From Anaeromyxobacteraceae bacterium (GTDB taxonomy: Bacteria; Myxococcota; Myxococcia; Myxococcales; Anaeromyxobacteraceae), in assembly GCA_047602405.1 (NCBI GenBank), contig JASGHJ010000002.1:2784001-2848000 (forward strand): 64,000 bases of DNA. The letters run 5' to 3'. The notes beneath the pieces are model-generated. The model searched no databases and was not told where the DNA came from. It saw nothing but the letters and a program-made list of their open reading frames with translations. The translations under genes and the position numbers were made by a program. Below, one piece after another: positions 60,486-64,000 of the stretch (the first letter of the stretch is position 1; each line of letters opens with the position of its first letter).

Positions 60486-61625
60486 GTGGAGAAGCTCATC
60501 CTCAGGAAGATCGAGGCCGGCCGCGAGGAGATGATCCTCAACTTCGGCCCGCAGCACCCCTCCACCCACGGCGTCATCAACCTCCTCGTCGAGACCGACG
60601 GCGAGGTGCTGCGGCGGGCCATCCCCGACGTCGGCTACCTGCACCGCGGCATCGAGAAGATCGGCGAGCAGACCGGCTACCCGGGCTTCATGCCCTTCAC
60701 CGACCGCGTCGACTACGTCGCCGCGATGTTCGCGAACGAGGGCTACGCGATCGCGGTCGAGAAGCTCCTCGGCGTCGAGGCGCCCCCGCGGGCCCAGTGG
60801 CTGCGCGCCATCTCCTGCGAGCTCTCCCGCATCGCGAGCCACCTCGTCTCGGTCGGCACGATGGCGATGGACATCGGCGCCTTCACCCCGATGCTCCACG
60901 GCATCCGCGAGCGGGAGAAGATCAACGACCTCGTCGAGGCCCTCTGCGGCGCGCGGCTGACCTTCAACTACCACCGCATCGGCGGCGTCGCGTTCGACCT
61001 CCCCGAGGGCTGGCGCGACGACTGCCTCCACTTCCTCGACCACTTCGACCGGTTCCTGAAGGAGTTCGACCGGCTCATCTCGTTCAACGAGGTCTACGTC
61101 CGCCGCCTCGCGAACGTCGCGGTCATCCCCGGCCCGATGGCGGTCGACTACTCGCTCTCCGGCCCGAACCTGCGCGGCTCGGGCGTCGACTTCGACCTGC
61201 GCCGCGACGCGCCCTACGGCGCGTACGCGAGCTTCCAGTTCGACGTCCCGGTCGGGAAGGGCTTCGTCGGCACGGTGGGCGACTGCTTCGACCGGTACTA
61301 CTGCCGCTGCCTCGAGATGGCCCAGTCCTCGCGCATCGTGCGCCAGGCGCTCGAGAGCCTCCCCGAGGGCGAGATCGCCGCGAAGGTGCCGCGCAAGGTG
61401 AAGCCCGAGCCGGGCGAGGTGCAGTCGAAGGTCGAGTCCGCCCGCGGCGAGATGGCCTACTACGTGGTGTCGGACGGGACCGACAAGGCCCACCGGGTCC
61501 GGGTCCGCACCGGCAGCTTCACGGCGATGGGCGTCATCGAGGAGGTCTCGCGCGGGCTGATGCTCGCCGACCTCGTCGCCCTCATCGCCTCGCTCGACGT
61601 CGTCGCCCCGGAGATCGATCGATGA
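60486..61625 (+). CDS. nuoD: NADH-quinone oxidoreductase subunit D (cluster 2)
   Basis: [36 protein letters not shown]. Confidence 0.95.
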   Translation: MEKLILRKIEAGREEMILNFGPQHPSTHGVINLLVETDGEVLRRAIPDVGYLHRGIEKIGEQTGYPGFMPFTDRVDYVAAMFANEGYAIAVEKLLGVEAPPRAQWLRAISCELSRIASHLVSVGTMAMDIGAFTPMLHGIREREKINDLVEALCGARLTFNYHRIGGVAFDLPEGWRDDCLHFLDHFDRFLKEFDRLISFNEVYVRRLANVAVIPGPMAVDYSLSGPNLRGSGVDFDLRRDAPYGAYASFQFDVPVGKGFVGTVGDCFDRYYCRCLEMAQSSRIVRQALESLPEGEIAAKVPRKVKPEPGEVQSKVESARGEMAYYVVSDGTDKAHRVRVRTGSFTAMGVIEEVSRGLMLADLVALIASLDVVAPEIDR

Positions 61626-63025
61626 CGAGAAAGAAGCACGACCGCACCCCTCGCATCGGCGCCAACCCGCGCGGGGTCGTCCTCGGCACCCTCGCCTTCG
61701 GGTTCGGGCTCCCCGCCCTGCTCTTCTCGGCGGTGCTGGTGCTCTCCCCCATCTCGCGCCCGGCGATGATGACCGCGCTCGTCAGGAAGCTCGGCGCCGT
61801 GCTCGGCACCGGCTGGGACCCCGACACCTGGTCGGCGACCGGCCACCAGGTCCTCTACGGCGTCTCGGTCGCCCTGCTCGCCTTCGTGCTCGTGAACTTC
61901 GGCGCGGTGGTCTCGGGCATGACGGTGTGGTGGGAGATGCGGGTCTCCTCCCGCATGCAGAGCCGGGTCGGCTACAACCGCGTGGGCGCGGGCGGCTTCT
62001 TCCAGTGGGTCGCCGACGCGGTGAAGCTCCTCTTCAAGGAGGACCTCGTCCCCGCCGACGCCGACCACGCGCTCTTCCGGGCGGCGCCGTACTTCGTGCT
62101 CACCGGCTTCGCGCTCGTCTTCGTGGCGCTGCCCTTCGGCGAGAGCCTCGTCGCCGCGAACCTCGACGTGGGCGTCTTCTACGTCGTCTCGGTCACCGCC
62201 CTGGTGGTCGTCGGCATCCTCCTCGCCGGCTGGTCGTCCAACTCGAAGTGGGCGCTCTTCGGCGGCATGCGGTCGGCCGCGCAGGTCATCTCCTACGAGA
62301 TCCCGGCCGGCATCGCGATCCTCGTGCCGGTGATGCTGGCGGGCACGCTCTCGCTCCAGGGCATCATCCGCGCGCAGGGGCCGTGGCCCTGGCAGTGGTT
62401 CGTGTTCACCTCGCCCGCCGGCCCGCTCGCGTTCCTGGTGTTCTTCATCTCGCAGCTCGCCGAGGGCAACCGCACCCCGTTCGACCTCCCCGAGGCCGAG
62501 TCCGAGCTCGTCGCGGGCTACCTCTCCGAGTACTCGAGCTTCCGGTTCGCGCTCTACTTCCTGGTCGAGTTCGGCAACCTCTGGATCATGGCCGCGCTGA
62601 GTGTCTGCCTCTTCTTCGGCGGCTGGCAGGTGCCCTTCACGACGGCCCAGACCTTCGAGGCCGCGAAGGGCGCCGGCGAGCTCCCCGGGCTCGGCTGGTG
62701 GGGGCTGCAGATCCTCTCGATGGCGGTCTTCGCGCTGAAGACCCTCGTCGTGGTGAACGTGATCGTCTGGGTGCGCTGGACGCTGCCCCGCATCCGCGTC
62801 GACCAGATGATGACGCTCTGCTGGAAGTACCTCGTGCCCTTCGCGTTCGCGGCGCTCCTCGTGACGCTGCTCTGGCAGATCCTGATCGCGGCGGTGCCGG
62901 CCGTCGGCCTCGCGACCGGGATCGTCCTCACCGGCGCGGCCGTCCTGGTGGGCGGGGTCTTCCTCCGCAAGACCTTCAGGAACCTCGCGACCGCGGGCGA
63001 CCGCGTCGACCTCACGAACTGGTGA
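61622..63025 (+). CDS. nuoH: NADH-quinone oxidoreductase subunit H (cluster 2)
   Basis: [50 protein letters not shown] overlap. Confidence 0.95.
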   Translation: MTRKKHDRTPRIGANPRGVVLGTLAFGFGLPALLFSAVLVLSPISRPAMMTALVRKLGAVLGTGWDPDTWSATGHQVLYGVSVALLAFVLVNFGAVVSGMTVWWEMRVSSRMQSRVGYNRVGAGGFFQWVADAVKLLFKEDLVPADADHALFRAAPYFVLTGFALVFVALPFGESLVAANLDVGVFYVVSVTALVVVGILLAGWSSNSKWALFGGMRSAAQVISYEIPAGIAILVPVMLAGTLSLQGIIRAQGPWPWQWFVFTSPAGPLAFLVFFISQLAEGNRTPFDLPEAESELVAGYLSEYSSFRFALYFLVEFGNLWIMAALSVCLFFGGWQVPFTTAQTFEAAKGAGELPGLGWWGLQILSMAVFALKTLVVVNVIVWVRWTLPRIRVDQMMTLCWKYLVPFAFAALLVTLLWQILIAAVPAVGLATGIVLTGAAVLVGGVFLRKTFRNLATAGDRVDLTNW

Positions 63026-63030
63026 CCGCC

Positions 63031-63672
63031 ATGAACGCCCTGCGCGACTACGCGGCCCCGGTCCTCCGCTCCTTCACGTCCATCTGGGACGGGCTCAGCA
63101 TCACGCTCTCCCACCTGCTGCGGCGGCCGACGACCATCCAGTACCCGGACCGCACCGAGATCCCGGTGCGCGACATGCTCCCGCCGCGCTACCGCGGCTT
63201 CCTCGAGGTCGACACCGCGATCTGCACCGGCTGCCAGGCCTGCGAGCGCGCCTGCCCGATCTCGGTGATCGCGATCCACCTCGAGAAGGACCCCGCGAAC
63301 CCGAAGGTCCGCGTCGTCGACCAGTTCGACATCGACCTCTCGAAGTGCATGTTCTGCGGCCTGTGCGTGGAGCCGTGCCCGACCGGCGCCATCCAGCACA
63401 CCCGCGAGTTCGAGGGCTCCCAGCGCCACGTCCGCAACCTGGTGGTGCGCTGGGCCGATCCGGTGGCGCCGTTCCCCGTCTACAAGGTCGACAAGTCGGC
63501 CGACCACTACCCGCGCGCCCCGCTCGGCACGCTCGTCCGCGCGAAGCTCGAGTCCCACCGCTGGGACGCGGCGGCGCCGGTGTTCCTGCCGCCCGCGCCA
63601 CGCGCCCCGGCCGCCCCGGCCGCCGCACCCGCCGCGGCCGCGGCGCCCGCGAAGAAGGAGGAGCCGAAGTGA
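63031..63672 (+). CDS. nuoI: NADH-quinone oxidoreductase subunit I (cluster 2)
   Basis: TIQYP, CTGCQACERACP, CMFCGLCVEPCP. Confidence 0.93.
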   Translation: MNALRDYAAPVLRSFTSIWDGLSITLSHLLRRPTTIQYPDRTEIPVRDMLPPRYRGFLEVDTAICTGCQACERACPISVIAIHLEKDPANPKVRVVDQFDIDLSKCMFCGLCVEPCPTGAIQHTREFEGSQRHVRNLVVRWADPVAPFPVYKVDKSADHYPRAPLGTLVRAKLESHRWDAAAPVFLPPAPRAPAAPAAAPAAAAAPAKKEEPK

Positions 63673-64000
63673 CCCGCCTCCGCGCCCTCGCCCTCTGGGC
63701 CGTCGCGACCGCGCTCGTGGTCGCGTTCGTGTGGGCCATCGGCCGCCTCGCCATCGAGCCCGCGCTCGAGCAGGGCGCCCGGCCCGACCTCGGCACCTGG
63801 GGCCTCGCCGACGTCCTCTTCTACTTCCTCGCGGCGGTCGCCGTCGGCGGCGCCGCCGCGGTCGCGCTCTCGCGCAACATCCTGCGCAGCGCGGTCGGGC
63901 TCCTCGCCGCGCTCCTCGGGGTGGGCGGCCTGTACGTCTTCCTGTCGGCCGACTTCGTCGCCATCACCCAGGTGCTCGTCTACATCGGCGGCGTCCTCGT
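63669..64000 (+). CDS. nuoJ: NADH-quinone oxidoreductase subunit J (cluster 2), 3' truncated by window edge
   Basis: GTGA overlap; translates to ..SRNILRSAVGLL..LSADFVAITQVLVYIGGVL. Confidence 0.88.
   Translation, partial: MTRLRALALWAVATALVVAFVWAIGRLAIEPALEQGARPDLGTWGLADVLFYFLAAVAVGGAAAVALSRNILRSAVGLLAALLGVGGLYVFLSADFVAITQVLVYIGGVL

Noticed and set aside
60486..61625. Group 4 [NiFe]-hydrogenase large subunit
   Set aside because: No N- or C-terminal CxxC nickel motifs; quinone-site His and Tyr and the EIDR end are NuoD-like

Overview
High-GC chromosomal window. Gene content and protein sequences suggest an Anaeromyxobacter-like Myxococcota genome (inference). It is mostly housekeeping: partial serA, queA-(PilZ)-tgt-yajC-secD-secF, two divergent KamA radical-SAM genes, a Phd/VapC toxin-antitoxin pair, ridA, moaB, polX, ampG and ettA. 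It also has a signalling block (long RelA/SpoT, RCK K+ channel, Zn-ribbon Ser/Thr kinase with two Zn-ribbon tandem-FHA proteins, dksA, diadenylate cyclase), two S8 lipoprotein proteases, and two paralogous complex I clusters head-to-head (nuoABCDGHI on minus, nuoABCDHIJ... on plus). I saw no rRNA, tRNA or CRISPR array. The most unusual signal is non-coding. A ~45-bp REP-like hairpin element occurs at least 9 times: twice in-frame inside genes (queA, second nuoC) and three times in a tandem array just upstream of an intact large HNH endonuclease gene. That gene carries internally the same 16-bp palindrome that precedes the array, and it shares an upstream GTCAGACC motif with a second, frameshifted HNH gene. 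Other points: many -10 boxes lie 6-9 nt from start codons, two Tat-signal NAD(P)-dependent enzymes follow an NTT-like transporter, and there is a membrane histidine pseudokinase. Several single-base frameshifts between 13.9 and 22.8 kb may be assembly errors. All product calls come from motif recognition by eye; no database search was run.
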